Positions 1-13,436 of a DNA stretch of 64,000 nucleotides are shown piece after piece. Each line of letters starts with the position of its first letter. Positions within the stretch are counted from its first letter, which is position 1. Position numbers and translations under genes: made by a program. The DNA comes from Eledone cirrhosa (Eukaryota). The DNA lies in assembly GCA_964016885.1 (NCBI GenBank), contig OZ024741.1, forward strand, positions 363,072,001 to 363,136,000, read 5' to 3'. Under the pieces are notes generated by a model, which did no database searches, had not been told where the DNA came from, and saw only the letters and a program-made list of their open reading frames with translations.

Positions 1-2322
1 CAACTCGTCTATGCTTGGTCGTTCACGCACATTGACATTACACATCCAACGGAGCATACTTCCTTCATTTCTCTCCAGCCGTCGCATATCCTCTGCAGTT
101 GCTACCCATGTATCACTTCCATGCAGCATCTTGCTCCTCATGCAGGCATCATATAACCGTCCTTTCGTACGCAGAGAGGAACCCTTCTTTGTCAACAGAG
201 GAAGCAGCTCCCTAAACTTCTTCCAACCCGTCCTTATTCTAGATACTATGGCCTCGGAACACCCCCCTTCCATGCTAATCTGATCTCCTAGGTACCGGAA
301 GCTATCAACCACTTCTATAGAACCCACCCGCATTGGAAAAATGTGTCTATCACTGCGATTACTACTGTCAACTTTCCCTGTACATCTACTGCATACGTAT
401 TTCTCCCTACCTGTTAGTTTGCCTGCTATCCCACTACATCTCTTGTGTACCCAAGATCTGCATTGCGTACATTTTATGGAATTTATGCCAGTTCCTTTTC
501 TACATATCGGAGATGGCAATTTCCTTGATGGAATCAGAGTATTGTCCTCTCTTCTACTTATCAATACTTTTGTCTTGGCTATGTTCACTCTCAGTCCTCT
601 TGATTCCAACTGCTCTTTCCATAGCCAGAATATATTCTCTAGCTCCTCTACTGATTCTGCTATAAGAACCAGATCATCAGCATAGAAAAGTTCCCATGGG
701 CATCCAGTTTTAAACTCCTCTGTTATGGCTTGGAGAACTAAAAGGAACAAGAGCTGGCTGAGGACCGAACTCTGATGTACACCTATTTGTATCTGGAATT
801 CCTCACTAAACTCCATTCCTACTCTCACTTTACTGACAGCACCCCTGTACATAGCTTGCACTGTCCTCACAAGCTATTCCTCTACACCTAGTTTCCTTAG
901 GGACCACCAGATGACAGATCGGGGTACCCTATCAAAGGCCATCTCTAAGTCAACAAAAGCTAAGTATAGTGGCTTATTCTTCTCTAAGAACCTCTGTTGT
1001 AGTTGCCTCACTGAGAAGAGAGCATCTGTTGTACTTTTCCGAGGCACAAAACCAAACTGGATCTCATCTAATTTGACCATTTCTCTAATCAGTTGCGCTA
1101 ATATTCTCTCTGCCACTTTCATAACCTGATCCATCAGCTTTATGCCCCTATAATTGCTCCTCTCTAGAGCATCCCCTTTACCTTTGTAGCAATTTATGAG
1201 AATACTGCTGCACCAGTCTTTGGGTATGACACCACCATATATAGCTTCATTGATGATGCGTGCAACCAGTTTAGTGCCTACTTCTCCTGATGCCTTCAGC
1301 ATCTCAGCAACTATCCCCGACGGTCCAGCAGCCTTACCATTCTTCATTTCCTTAATTGCCTCTTGTACCCTATATTCGTCAATTTCAATAGCTGGTCCCT
1401 CTGTCGGGTCTACTGGGGTAATTTCTCTCTCTCCCATTCGTTCTCTACATTCATCAGTCTCTCATAATGACATTTCCAGGCCTCCTTTTTTTGATCATTC
1501 GTGACACTAAGTACACCGGCATCATTCCGGACACACGTATTTCCAACAACATCCTGATTTGTACTGACACACTGCCTTGTAATGCGGAACACCGCACGTC
1601 TCTGATCTTCCCGTCGCAGAACATTGGCAAATCTCCTACTCTCAACCTCCCTGCCTGCTAAGTACATCAGACGTCTAGCTTCTCTCTTAGCGGCTGTGTA
1701 TCCTTCTCTACTCCCACCGTTTTTCCAAGCCTTCCATGCCAGTCTTTTGTCTCTAGTGGCCCTATCTACCGTGCTGTTCCACCACCAGGTCACTCTCTGT
1801 CTGGTTGAAGCTCTGCTTCAGTAGCCTGCAGTAAGCAGTTTCTTCAGTAGCCTGCAGTAAGCAGTTTCTTCAGTAGCCTGCAGTAAGCTGTCACGCAAGA
1901 AATTCCAGTTATCATCTATGTCATGCGATTCTAAATCGTCTTCCTTTTCGTCATACACTTCTTGAAGGGCTTTGCTAAATTTATATTTTAATGCAAGGTC
2001 TTTTAGCTTCCAGACCTTTCTTTTCCACACCTTCCTGTATGTCTCATTCTTTCTCTTGCTTACTGAGATGTCACTAACGACTAACCTATGCTGTGGGGTA
2101 CATTCTTCCCCGGGGCATGCCTTAGTATTTGACACCATCTGTCTGTCTCGCTGTCTAACTAGCAGGAAGTCAATCTGGCTTATGTGCTCGCCTGATTTGT
2201 AGGTTATTAGGTGGTTGGTAGGCTTCTGGAAGTTAGTGTTGCAAATGGTTAGTGCATTTGCATCACAAAATTCAAGAAGCCTCACTCCTTCTTCATTTCT
2301 TGAGCCGTAACCGTGCCCTCCA
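1..2322 (-). mobile_element. Degenerate RTE-clade LINE (APE endonuclease C-terminus plus reverse transcriptase), 5'-truncated, continues off the window start
   Basis: Minus-strand ORFs give the APE tail (ITYKSG..SQIDFLL..QHRLVV) and RT motifs (KAAGPSGI, NYRGIKL, QFGF..STTDA, FVDLEMAFDRV). LFYADD lies at ~675-692. Frameshifts and stops are present. Confidence 0.9.
1816..1888. repeat. About 2.8 tandem copies of a 26-bp unit disrupting the LINE ORF
   Basis: CTTCAGTAGCCTGCAGTAAGCAGTTT repeats at 1816, 1842 and 1868 (partial). Confidence 0.95.
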
Positions 2323-2747
2323 TGGAATGGTCATTACTGGAAAGGTTCTCATCATAGGTCTGTTTAATCAAGAATAACTATGGATACTATACCTTACAAA
2401 TATTTATAAGGTTCATAGTTAATTGTATTTATTATGTGTTTATATTTATATTTTAATTCTGAAACAATTTGTAATGTAAAATATACTTGTACACTATGGA
2501 TACAAGATAATGATCAGAAGTGGGGGATGGGTAACTCCTGGATAAATTTCAGTGTGTTTGCTGCTATACTCGATAATCAAAATTTCTTGTGTAGCCGTGT
2601 TATTGTTTAGTCCTAGAACATCCCGGACTGAGTATGCCCATGATAAAAAAACTTTAGTTGAGATACATTATTCTATTATAATTAATCATCAGAAGTACCT
2701 GGCAATGCCCGGGGTATATTATGAAAGTAATAATATATTTTGCCATT

Positions 2748-3005
2748 TCTTCTTCGCCCACTTATTCCCGACGGGATCGTTGAGGCACAGTCCTCAAACA
2801 CTCCTTCCAGCGGGTCCTATCAGCAGCAACCGTCTCAAACTGATCCGGTTGGATCCTCAAGCGTGACCATCCAAGCTCATGGATGTTATCTAACCATCTT
2901 GCTCGGGGTCTACCTCTGGGTCTCTTGCCGGTTGGTTTCGACCGTAAAATCTGTCCAGCGATTCTTTCCTGAGACATTCTAACCACATGCGCAAAATATC
3001 TGGCC
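2748..3005 (-). mobile_element. 3' end fragment of an RTE-like LINE (inside the composite repeat unit)
   Basis: RYFAHVVRM..GKRPRGRPRARWLD..DRTRWK is a typical RTE C-terminus. A near-identical copy lies at 14208-14465 and a diverged relative at 54420-54659. Confidence 0.85.
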
Positions 3006-3127
3006 AATAAAATAAGATCGATGTATATGTTCATTGAAGGAGGAAATACAGCAGAATTTTCTTTATTACTCGTTTTGTTCAATGCAAGACCTTCCATGAA
3101 ATAAATTTAAGAGAAGTGTTAGAAGAA

Positions 3128-4255
3128 ATCCTTCATTCTCGGCCGAAAAGAGGTAGTCACGGTTCTAGGACAGCATTCTTCACCATATGAGATGTCATCT
3201 GGTGTACCACAGGGATCTGTTCTTGGTCCCCTTTTGTTTGTGGCATATATTAATGACATAGATGCCAACTTAAAGAATGCCACGCTTCTGAAATATGCAG
3301 ATGACATCAAGCTGTACTTTGAAATCAAAAGGACTGATCCTGAAATCTATAACTCTTTCCTACAATCAGACCTGGATACAATGCAGCAATGGATCACAGA
3401 CTGGTAACTGAAGCTGGCTGTGGACAAGTGTACCACCATGCATTTTGGGAGGAAAAATCCAGCGTCCACATACTCCCTCCACAACACTGATATTAACAAG
3501 TCCTCTTGTGAACGTGGTCTGGGCATTACTGTCAGCAGCGATTTGCGTTGGACAAAGCACGTCTCTAAGATTGTCAAGAAGGCTGAGGGTGTCTTGGCAT
3601 CACTCAGCAAGACCTTTGTCAGCCGTTCTCCAGCTATCTATTTAAAGCTGTATACAGCTATGGTACGACCACACTTGGAATTCGCATCATCAGTCTGGAA
3701 CCCCTATCTTGCTCAGAACATTGATCTCCTGGAGACTATTCAGAGACGTGCAAACCAAGCGCATACCCTCCATCAGACACCTACCATACTCTGAACGCCT
3801 TGCTTCTCTGGGCATGGATTCTTTGAAGCTCCGACGTCTGGCAATGGACTTGGTAAACACCCACAAAGTTATTAACCATCTCGCCAACAACAACCCTGAG
3901 CACCTTTTTGGTCTCCATGTGTCTAACAAACGTGTACATGCCTACAAAGTCAGAAAACAGCACAGCTCCCATGACTTTCGGAAACATTTTTTCACACTTA
4001 GAGTTGCTGAAGCATGGAACAAACTGCCTGCATCAGTTGTTAGCTGTCGAGACACTGCATCGTTTAAAACCCTCATGTTTCCCTAAATTCGCCAAAACTA
4101 CACCTTCCATACACATGCACATGTGTATATCATGACTCATGCACTGTTCATTTTCCTGACGTTTGTACATTACCCTATGTACTATACATACACTTTTGAT
4201 GAGTTGTAGTGCACCTGAGCACTGTACACAATATTTTCATTATTATTATTATTAT
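3128..4255 (+). mobile_element. 5'-truncated CR1/L2-group LINE with (ATT)n tail and 5-bp TSD
   Basis: SGVPQGSVLGPLLF, YADD, VRPHLEFASSVWNP and FFTLRVAEAWNKLP motifs. AAGAA flanks at 3123-3127 and 4256-4260; the empty site is seen at 14624-14628. Confidence 0.9.
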
Positions 4256-4770
4256 AAGAATACCCATTCTGCTCTTTGAAAAAATGTTGATTGCCAGAAT
4301 CTTGGAGATTAGATTAGTTGATAGCGCACGAATAATAAATAAATTAATTAAATTTAAAAAAAAAGCAGGTAAACATTTACCCCCTCTGAAATCGAGTGGG
4401 CGTTCTATATATTTACCCAATATTAACTAAAGGTTTCTTACTGGTTCGTTGTTCCCATTTAGAATCCTGTTATTTTTTTCATACAAGTGCTTCGAATATC
4501 TCTTTTGAATATTTTTTTCCAAAATCCTATATCGTCCACCAAAATTTCCAGTCGTCCACCATTTTCTCTTCAGTTGCTCATCGTCCACCCAACAGTTGAA
4601 ATCGCCCAATTTGGGAAACCTTGATTTAAACGATACTGTCTTTCCATTCTTGTTCTCTTGTCAAAGCATTATGCATGCTTTTTTGCAGCTAGACAGGTCT
4701 GTTGAACTGCATTGCTGTTATTAGATCACTGCTTTCTTCCTCTTGGTATCCAAAGAGAAACTTATATATA

Positions 4771-5145
4771 ATTGTTTCTACCTTTAGCACAAGGCCAGCA
4801 AGTATCTCAGTGCATTACTGGTACTTTATTTTATCGACCCCGTAAGGATGAAAGGCAAAGTTAACCCTGGCGGGATTTGAACTCAGACCATAAAGGGGGG
4901 TAACTCTTTGCTGCAAAGAAACATATATAATGATCGGATGCAGTGTAAGTAATATTCCACACCACACTTATTCCAACAATGAAACTGATATCGAATATAT
5001 TGGAATATATTTTATATATAATTGATTCTGCTTTTGGCACAATACCAGCAATTACCCCAGTGCATTAATGGTGCTTTAATTTATCAAAGTTAACCTCGAC
5101 GGGATTTGAATTTTATGCTGCAAAACGTTGTCGGACGCTCTACTA
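4771..5145 (-). mobile_element. Two tRNA-derived SINE copies (octopus-type family)
   Basis: Reverse complement of the SINE at 43979-44161 (ACTGGTACTTTATTTTATCGACCCC..GGATGAAAGGCAAAG..GGATTTGAACTCAG). Confidence 0.75.
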
Positions 5146-5539
5146 CAGCAAACCATTTATTACAATACACATTAGAGATACACACACTCTGTAGTGTGTG
5201 TGTGTGTGTGCGCGCGCGCGAAGTCCGTGCGTGTGTGTGTGTAATGTAGCGTTGCAAACGTCATAATTAAAGAACGCGGTCTTTTTAAAATTTGTCTCTT
5301 TCTTTCCTCCCCCTCTCTCTCTTAACATATATCTCCCACCTCTCTCTGACTATTTCTCATTTTCTATCATCTCTCTCTCTTTTTCTTTTCTCACATCCTC
5401 TTTGTCTTGGTTCACCGTAGTTACCATCACTTTCGACTGGTGCTCAGCTGGACAGCTCAACCTCCGGATCTGTGAGCTTCACAAATTCCACTGTAGATTC
5501 ATTCAGTCTCCACCCACTGTCATGCTGTTATAGTGCTGG

Positions 5540-5930
5540 TCGCTTCTCAACGAGATCGTAAAGCATGGCTTGGTCGGCGAAGCCTTCCCTTCTAGCTAGA
5601 GGCGGCAAAAGATTTGACGGCATGACAATGCTCCCATTCCACGTGAGTAGGCCCCTAATCGGTGATGCTACATGTTGTGACACCTTCTCTGACCCGGTGC
5701 ATTCGGCTACCAGCTCAGTCTTTGCTGCCCGATAGTATCGACCGCTCTCCGGTAGGTTTGTGGTTGAGGCTGTGGCAGCAAAGACTTCCGGACTATTATC
5801 ACAGCTCACTACTAAGTTGCGAGCCCCGTGATTGGAGTGTTTGTTCCAACGCGTCTCCCTCGCTCTCTTCCGGGGCATTGTTTTCTCCATCCTGTCGGCC
5901 AGGACCACTAGCCGGACTAGCCCTTAAGTT
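5540..5930 (+). mobile_element. CRE-clade non-LTR retrotransposon restriction-like endonuclease (RLE) fragment, copy A
   Basis: The plus strand reads GKRFDGMTMLPF..LIGDATCCDTF..EAVA..EPR..LFQRVSLAL.RG..FSIL, with stops and frameshifts. Confidence 0.75.
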
Positions 5931-6959
5931 TATTTTATAGTGGTGACATGTGGATTAGATTTACTTCCATAAGCACGATTAGTAAGAAAGGGAAAATATT
6001 TACATACACAAATTCATAAATGGACAGATTGAATACGGGAAAAAAGAACAGAATTTTTTTCTTTTTCTTTTTTTTCCTTTTTCCTTTTGAACTTATATCA
6101 TTTATATATTTTTCTCTTTTTTGTTTCTTTTTCTGCCTTACTTTTCTATCTTACTATTTTTTCTTTCTTTTCTCCGCTTCTACATATTTAATCTTATATG
6201 TTTGAAATGAAAAAAACATACATTTTGGTGGATTTTGGAACACCACATTTTATACATCAAAAATTTTTGTGCATCAAAATTATTTTTTGTGGAACACACT
6301 CTGAGACAACTTTCCTTTATATTATAGAAGACGACGATAACAATAAAATAAGAAAAATTCATTAGAAGATAGCATGCTATTGTCAGTTCTAAATATATAG
6401 TTGCAATTGGCAACTTAAATCATCAGAGTAATCTCCCCCTGTAGCTACAGGCGCATTTTGTCGCCTTGGAAACCCTTTTGTCAAAAATACTATGTTAAAG
6501 GTTATTTCTGGTATTTTAAACTGGTAACAGCATACTTTCGATTTTAAATATTCAAAATATGATTGAAAACATGTTAAAATATTGTTCATGCAAAAAGGAT
6601 GCTCCCTAAAATTTTAATTTGTCCACAAAGCCTTTGTGAAATACTTTTATGGAAAAATTGAATTATTTAATGTGATTTAACTGTCCTATGGAATGGTCAT
6701 TACTAGAAAGGCTCGTATCATAGGTCTGTTTAGTCAAGAATAACTATGGATACCATGAACCTTACAAATATTTGTAAGGTTCATAGTTAATTATATTTAT
6801 TATATGTTTATATTTATATTTTAATCCTGAAACAATTTGTAATGTTATTTATACGACTGTGAATAGTACCATCACTTCCCTGGGGCGTCCCTCACAAATT
6901 CCACTGCGGTTCCACTGTGGATTCATTCAGTATCCACCCACTGTCATGCTGTTATAGTG

Positions 6960-7785
6960 CTGGTCGCCTCTCAATGAGATTTTAGGAGATTAGTATCGGT
7001 GTACATATATGTATTATCAGAAATGACAATAAATGCCGGTATGTGTTGTGACAAGGTTTTACTTCACAGAAGTCAAATAAATAATATAAATAATGTGTTA
7101 CTCGTTGGTCACAACTCCTAGACTGGAGTGTGTAGAGAAGAACAGAAATCTTCTCTTGGAGGTGTTAGCATTTCTTTAGGCTGCCGGTCGTATTCTTCTT
7201 GCTGGCGAAGGAAATGAGACAGGAGTCATCTCATGACAAGGTCTCAGGTGTTGTTGTCACTTCGGAGTTCAGGATGCTAGAGAGGCTGATGGCTAGCCAG
7301 CCGTCAGATTTATAGTCCCCAGGGGGACGCAACTCCATTTAGTACCTGAATCTGCCAACGGGGGTCGTGCCTGTCGCAAAGGGACGTAACTCCTATACGT
7401 GCTGAGTTACGACCGTCGTAAAGGGACGCAACTCCCATACGTGCTGAGTCACAGCCGTAAGGGGGCGCTACGCTACAAGATCATAATGCATGACCTGGTC
7501 GGCGCAGTCCTAGCTCGAGTCAGCAAAAGGCTTGACGGCATGGCAATCTTCCCGTTCCACCGGAGTAGGCACCTCATCTGGGATGCTACATGTAAAGACT
7601 TCCGGCAATTTTTGCCTCCGGACCATTATCCCTGTTCACTGCTATCGGAGTGGGGTTGGCTTCCCGAAAGTACGAGCCCCGTAAGTTTGAGTGGCTGTTC
7701 CAACGCTTCATCCTCGCTGTCCTCCGGGGCATTGTCTTCTCCATCCTGTCGACCGGAACCACTAGGCGGACTAGCCCTTAAGTTT
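6960..7785 (+). mobile_element. CRE RLE fragment, copy B, split by a solo LTR
   Basis: SKRLDGMAIFPFHRSRHLIWDATC. Flanks are homologous to copies A, C and D. Confidence 0.75.
6981..7477 (-). mobile_element. Solo LTR (497 bp) with 4-bp TSD AGAT
   Basis: AGAT at 6977-6980 and 7478-7481; other copies show the empty site CGAGATC. The minus strand begins TGTAGC, and its 3' half is homologous to the LTR at 8746-9203. Confidence 0.85.
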
Positions 7786-9204
7786 ATTTTATAGTTTATA
7801 AAAAAAAAAAAAACATTTTGGTGGATTTTGGAACCCCTCACCTTTTATACATCAAAATAAATTGTGTTTTGTGCATCAAAATGATTTTTTGTGGGACACA
7901 CTCAGATAGATTTCCTTTATATTATAGAAGATAGATAAAGACGACGATAACAATAAAGTAAGAAAAATCCATTAGAAATTACTGGATGGGTTAACTGTTT
8001 TGTTTGAGTGCTATTGTCAGTTTTGTTTTAAATATCTGTCTATTAATGGAACGTAATAACAGTAAGACAGTTGTAATAACAGTAGGGTATGGTGAAAGGA
8101 AGATTTTATTTAAGTTCATTTATTGGATGGACTCAAGCCATGATGTGGGAATTGAGTAGATGGACATTATGTTGAAACTCGTTCAATGGATCGGACGTGG
8201 TTTCTCGTTATCACACGCATTCAGCTTAAATATAATTCAATGTGTATGTACTTCAGCTGATTGAACACTTATCATTGAAATCTTTGCGAAAATCTATCAT
8301 TGTTCCATTATCACGAAAATATAAAAGAAGGAAATAAAAATATTTCTTTTATTGCCTATACTTTAAAAACATTGCCTTTGCCGGACCCGATAAAATAAAG
8401 TACTAGTGAAGTAAGTTTAATCGACTTTCCAATCCACACAAAAATTAGTGGCTCTGTGCCTAAATTAGGAACCATTATTTTTCGCAGTATCGGTAGAGCG
8501 TCAGACACCATTCTTTGCAGTATAGATTGTTTTCTCCGGCGTATATCCTTATAGAAAGGATGTGTGTACGTTGACCGCTAATAACACTAAATTAAATTGA
8601 TAATTATTAAGGTTTTTCGTGTTTTCAATTAATCTGACCTCTACCAAGCTCAAACTCGACTTATTTCCCTAACATGGAATGTGGTGGTGGAGGGAATTTG
8701 GGAGAGAATTTACTGCTATTTCTTGCACAGTGATACTGTTTGGTCTGTAGCAAGAGTTGCCTCCCTTGTCATGACAATCTCATCACCGCTCTCTAGACAG
8801 GAAGTAGCTGGAGTTGCTTCCCTTTGGGATTGACAGACTCCCTGTTGGTCACTTCCGGTCACCTCCTATAAAAGGAACAGGTCACTACGATATCTCCCCT
8901 TTGCCTCCTGATTTCCGAAGTGGTAACACCTGCGACCTTAGCTTGAGATGATTCATTTTTGATAATCCTTCGCTACCAAGAACAATGCAACTTGCAGCCT
9001 GAGAGCCTAAGATGTTAATACCAGCTAGAAAAGATCTCTTCTTTTCTCTACCAACTTCAGCCTGGAGTTGTGACCATCGGGTAACGAATCCTTAATATTT
9101 AATACCTTTGACTTCTATGAAGTAAAAACATTATTACAACACACACCGGTATTTACTGTCTTTTATAATAATTTTATATGTACACCGATATTAATCACCT
9201 AAAG

Positions 9205-9225
9205 TGGTGACCCCCCGACGTGATT
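9205..9225 (+). promoter_or_regulatory. Primer-binding site complementary to the tRNA-Trp 3' end
   Basis: TGGTGACCCCCCGACGTGATT versus eukaryotic tRNA-Trp ..AATCACGTCGGGGTCACCA (two extra C). Confidence 0.85.
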
Positions 9226-9690
9226 TTAAAAAAAAAAAAAGAATGGAAATGGTATACGGTGTATATAGTAAAAAAAAAGAAAGACAGAAGAAAAAGAGAA
9301 AAATATAACAATTTAATACAAAACGAACACCTACAATTATTGACACACAGACAAACAGAAATTGTATAAATGTTTTTGCCTTTTTTTTTTTCTCTCCTTT
9401 TCTGCCCTTCTCTTCTCTGGCTAAACATTTTTGAGGATGACAAGATGGAGTCTCTCTTCTCCATCAATAGTGTTTTTGGCGCGAAATAGTCCGCCATGTT
9501 GGATTTTTTTTTTTAGGTTCCTTGCCCTTACCTTAGTATAACAGCATTCACTTAATCGCTTGTTTGCATATTGTCCCGGATGCATTATTTTTCCGGTCCA
9601 GTGGTTTGACGGAAAAATAAGCGATTTTGTTTTCCTTTTCTGTTACGTTAGAGACATTTTTCCAAACGGTAGATTGCCTACAGTATACCA

Positions 9691-10311
9691 ATGGCTTCCC
9701 ACTCTGTTCTGCCAACGTACACGGGCGACGTGAGGCTATGGTTCGCCCAGTTAGAAGCATTCTTCAGGGCGAACAGAGTTGACGAGGAACTACAACATTC
9801 TGTGGTCCTTTGCGCAATTCCGCCGGCAATTCTCCCAGCGGTTAAGGACCTCGTGTTAAAGACAACCACAGACTCGTCGTACACGTCTCTGAAGGCTGAA
9901 ATACTCAGCCGGACAGAACAGTCTTCAGAAAAAATATATAGGGCTCTGGTCCATCTGGAGCATATAGGGGATGGCACCCCATCGAACCTCCTTAGGCGAA
10001 TGAAGGACCTAACGGAGGGGTCTGCAGCGGAAACTGTCCTGCTGAAGCAGCTGTTCTTCTCGCGCCTGCCGACCAACGTACAGGCAATTTTGGCCCCCAT
10101 GAGGGATACAAGCACGGTGGATCAGCTTGCCGCATCTGCAGACAAAGTTTTCGAGGTGACGAATGCCGGAGGCAACGACCCCCTTGCTGCTGTTCACCAC
10201 CCAGCTCGGGCCACACACGGCCATGCGATCTACGCGGCAGCGCCAACAGACAGCTCGACCATTATAGCGATGCAAAGGTCCATTCAGGAGCTCACCATAG
10301 AGCTTTCTTAG
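9691..10311 (+). pseudogene. Gypsy gag, C-terminally truncated by deletion
   Basis: LWFAQLEAFF..YTSLKAEIL..IGDGTPSNLLRRM..LFFSRLPTNVQAIL. It is fused at ~10305 to sequence encoding [13 protein letters not shown]. Confidence 0.85.
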
Positions 10312-12195
10312 GCCTAATCAATTTCTATAGGCGTTTCATTCCTTATTGTGCTAATTGGCTATCTTCCCTTACTGACATTTTAAAAAATCGTCGTAAGAAG
10401 AATGAAGACATTTCCTTGACACAAGGACAGCTTCAGGACTTCCAGTCTGCCAAGACAGCACTCGCTAGTTCTTCTTTGCTAGCCCACCCGGTACCAGAAG
10501 CCAAGCTTTCGCTTTGTGTTGATGCATCTGATACCGCTGTGGGAGCAGTTTTACATCAGTCTTACGCTGAAAACCAACAACCTTTGGCATTTTTCTCGAG
10601 GAAGTTGAAACCAGCAGAAACGCGTTATAGCACGTTTGGGCGGGAATTATTAGCCATATATCTGTCGGTGAAACATTTCTCTCATATTCTTGAGGGGAGA
10701 AATTTTACGGTTTTTACCGACCACAAACCGTTGACCTTCGCTTTGAGGGCCAAAGCCGACAGATATTCGCCCAGAGAGACAAGGCACCTGGACTACGTTT
10801 CACAATTTACAAACGATATCCAGCACATTGCCGGCTCGCACAACATAGTTGCAGACGCATTGTCACGTTTGCCAATTAGCTCCATCTCGTCATCCCAGGA
10901 GATCGACTTAGGTCGTTTAGCTGCAGACCAACCTGCACTCCAATCGTTGGACACTCTTTCTACTGAATTTGCGACTTGCATTTTCAAATATCTGCCCTTG
11001 TCCACCACCGACAGGCAGATTCTATGTGATGTATCTACTGATGCACCACGACCACTTGTTCCTGAGACTCACCGTTGAATTGTGTTCCTGGCTTTGCACA
11101 ACATTTCTCATCCAGGATCTGCTTCCACAGTTAAACTCATAACAGCCAGATTCTTCTGGCCAAATATGAGGCGCGACATTGCTGCTTGGTGCCGTTCCTG
11201 TATCGCTTGCCAGAAATCGAAGATCCATAGACACATCCGGACTCCACTTGGTACTTTCAGTACTCCAGATGCTCGGTTTCAACACATCCACATTGACATC
11301 GTTGGACCTTGGCCATTCAGCAGTGGATATTCTTACATATTGACGTGTGTCGATCGTTTTTCGCGATAGCCTGAAGCCATCCCTTTACAAGACATGACTG
11401 CTGAGACTGTAGCACGTGCCCTGGTATCAGGGTGGATTACCCGCAACTACACTCACCACAGACCGTGGTAGACAATTCGAGTCCCATCTCTTCTCTGAGC
11501 TCACAAAAATAATTGGAGCTCAACGGATTCGGACCACAGCCTATCATCCTGCTTCAAATGGAATGGTAGAACGATTCCACCGCCAATTAAAGGCCGCTCT
11601 TCGCGCCTATCCAGACTCTCAACGTTGGAGCGAGTACTTTCCTATTGTGTTATTAGGAATTCGGTCATCAATAAAGGAGGACCTTGGGTTCTCCCCGGCC
11701 GAATTAATTTACGGTGCTCCTCTAGCGTTGCCTGGGCAAATGCTTGCCCCTGTTGATCTTGCTTTCCAAGATCCGCTTTCCTACGTATCCCGTCTGCGTT
11801 CTTATTTTCAGGACCTGCCGCCGATGGATACGAGGAAGCAAACTGTAAAACCTGCGGTCCCGAGGGATATTGCCTCGTAGACCCATGTGTTCGTAAGGAA
11901 CGATGCTGTGAGACCACCCCTCACACAACCATACTCTGGACCCTACCGTGTGTTAGCACGCACTGACAAACATTTCACTGTAGACGTTAAGGGGTCCAGA
12001 GAGACAATTTCGGTGGATAGACTGAAAAAGGCACACAATGACGCTCATACACCCGAGTCACAAATACCCCAATCTTTCTCTCTTGTGCATACACCTGCTC
12101 CTTCTGCCCCACCTTCACCTACATACAAGACTACGACCCGTTCCGGTCGGAGAGTCCACTGGCCCAAAAAGTTCTGCCAAACTATTTTTATGTGA
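10305..12195 (+). pseudogene. Gypsy pol remnant (RNase H, integrase with GPY motif)
   Basis: [34 protein letters not shown] zinc domain, [27 protein letters not shown] and PYSGPYRV. Stops at 11076, 11367 and 11878. Confidence 0.9.
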
Positions 12196-12699
12196 ACTGG
12201 CCATTGGAGCCTTATATATATATTTTATTTTGCTGTTCTTGTTATTTATTGATTTATTGTATTACAATGTACCTCTCATTACCATTTCACTGGATGTATA
12301 TATATGTTTTTCGTTTCCTTTACAACGAACATTCTAAGCTATATTCTTCTATTTGCCGGTTTATAAATTTGCCGTTGAAAACCGCGCATTTATTAAGAAT
12401 GCTTATTTCTCTGTGTCTCAGTCTTTCTGTATGTGTTACTGGTAACTTGTAACTCAGTACAACCTGTCTCAGGGTCGGGTCGTCGGCGACTAAATCGGCA
12501 ACCCCACCAAGCGTGCTTGGAGGGTGACATTTGGACACTTTGCGGGATGAAATACAAGACCTGGCAAAGTCAACGGCCATCCAAACAGTCCGTTTTATTT
12601 ATATATATATTTTTTCCACCTGGGAGTGAAAGGCTCCCAGTTGTTGTCGCAACACCTTTCTAAGAGGGGGAAACTCTGAAAAAAAAAATCCTGCAACTA

Positions 12700-13020
12700 A
12701 CATGCCTTGACTGCTTTTTTCCTTCAAAATAATTTCTAAGTTTTCCTTCCTTCTCGTACGACTTAAGGCCACATAAAGCTGGTCGTGATTAAATACGGAA
12801 GTTGCCAAGTAAATACCAACTTTTTCGAAGCTCTGTCCTTTGGATTTGTTTATGATCATGGCAAAAGCTGGTAGCACAGGGAACTGCCATCTGCTCATAT
12901 TGAAGAGTATATCTTTTTCACTCGGACGCAGGTCAACTTATGGTATAAAAGCTTCATTTCCTTTTTTACTTCCAGTAATGATTTTTGCATGAATATAAAA
13001 TGCATTAGAAGATAAAACCA
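12700..13020 (-). mobile_element. Helitron RepHel PIF1-like helicase C-terminal fragment
   Basis: [40 protein letters not shown] matches the PIF1/Helitron motif V-VI pattern. Confidence 0.85.
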
Positions 13021-13436
13021 AAAATAGTTCTTGTATTCTCTCATTGTATTATTATTATTATAAGTTTGTTTCTACATATTGATAGGAAAGATGTAGTGTT
13101 AGTTAATTGCGATATATTTTTTTTAGCATTTGATATTGATACTAAATAATATTCTCAGATTTTTTATATTATAACTATAATGTATGAGTTGAAACAACAG
13201 CTGGGAAAATATGAAAATTGACTATTATGAAAAAAAAATTTTATAGAAGAAATCTTTACGGATTCTGATTCGGATGATGAATCTTTAGGATTTATGCAAG
13301 TCAATATTGATTTGGAAATAGTAGAATATGATAGCGCTGCTCTAGAAAGCAATGTACCAAATAGATATGCTAATCCTTGCGGGGTTTTTTTCTTTTAATA
13401 TTGCAAGCAGGGAAAAGTGGAAGTAAAATAATGATG

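Larger units (their letters stand above)
8746..12678 (+). mobile_element. Gypsy LTR retrotransposon 1: 5' LTR, PBS, gag, internally deleted pol, PPT; 3' LTR missing
   Basis: LTR TGTAGC..CCTAAA (8746-9203), PBS at 9205-9225, gag at 9691-10311, RNase H/integrase remnants at 10305-12195, purine tract at 12662-12673 followed by TG. Confidence 0.9.

Noticed and set aside
1816-1888. CRISPR-like repeat (also the modules at 28200-29130)
   Set aside because: No unique spacers, no cas genes, eukaryotic context.
5528-5908. Recurrent minus-strand ORF MVLADRMEKTMP.. (also at 15505 and 30864) as a novel gene family
   Set aside because: Antisense shadow of the CRE RLE coding strand; the frames diverge between copies.
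12599-12898. Host PIF1 helicase exon
   Set aside because: Degenerate motifs, duplicated within the repeat unit, no splice structure; Helitron origin is more likely.
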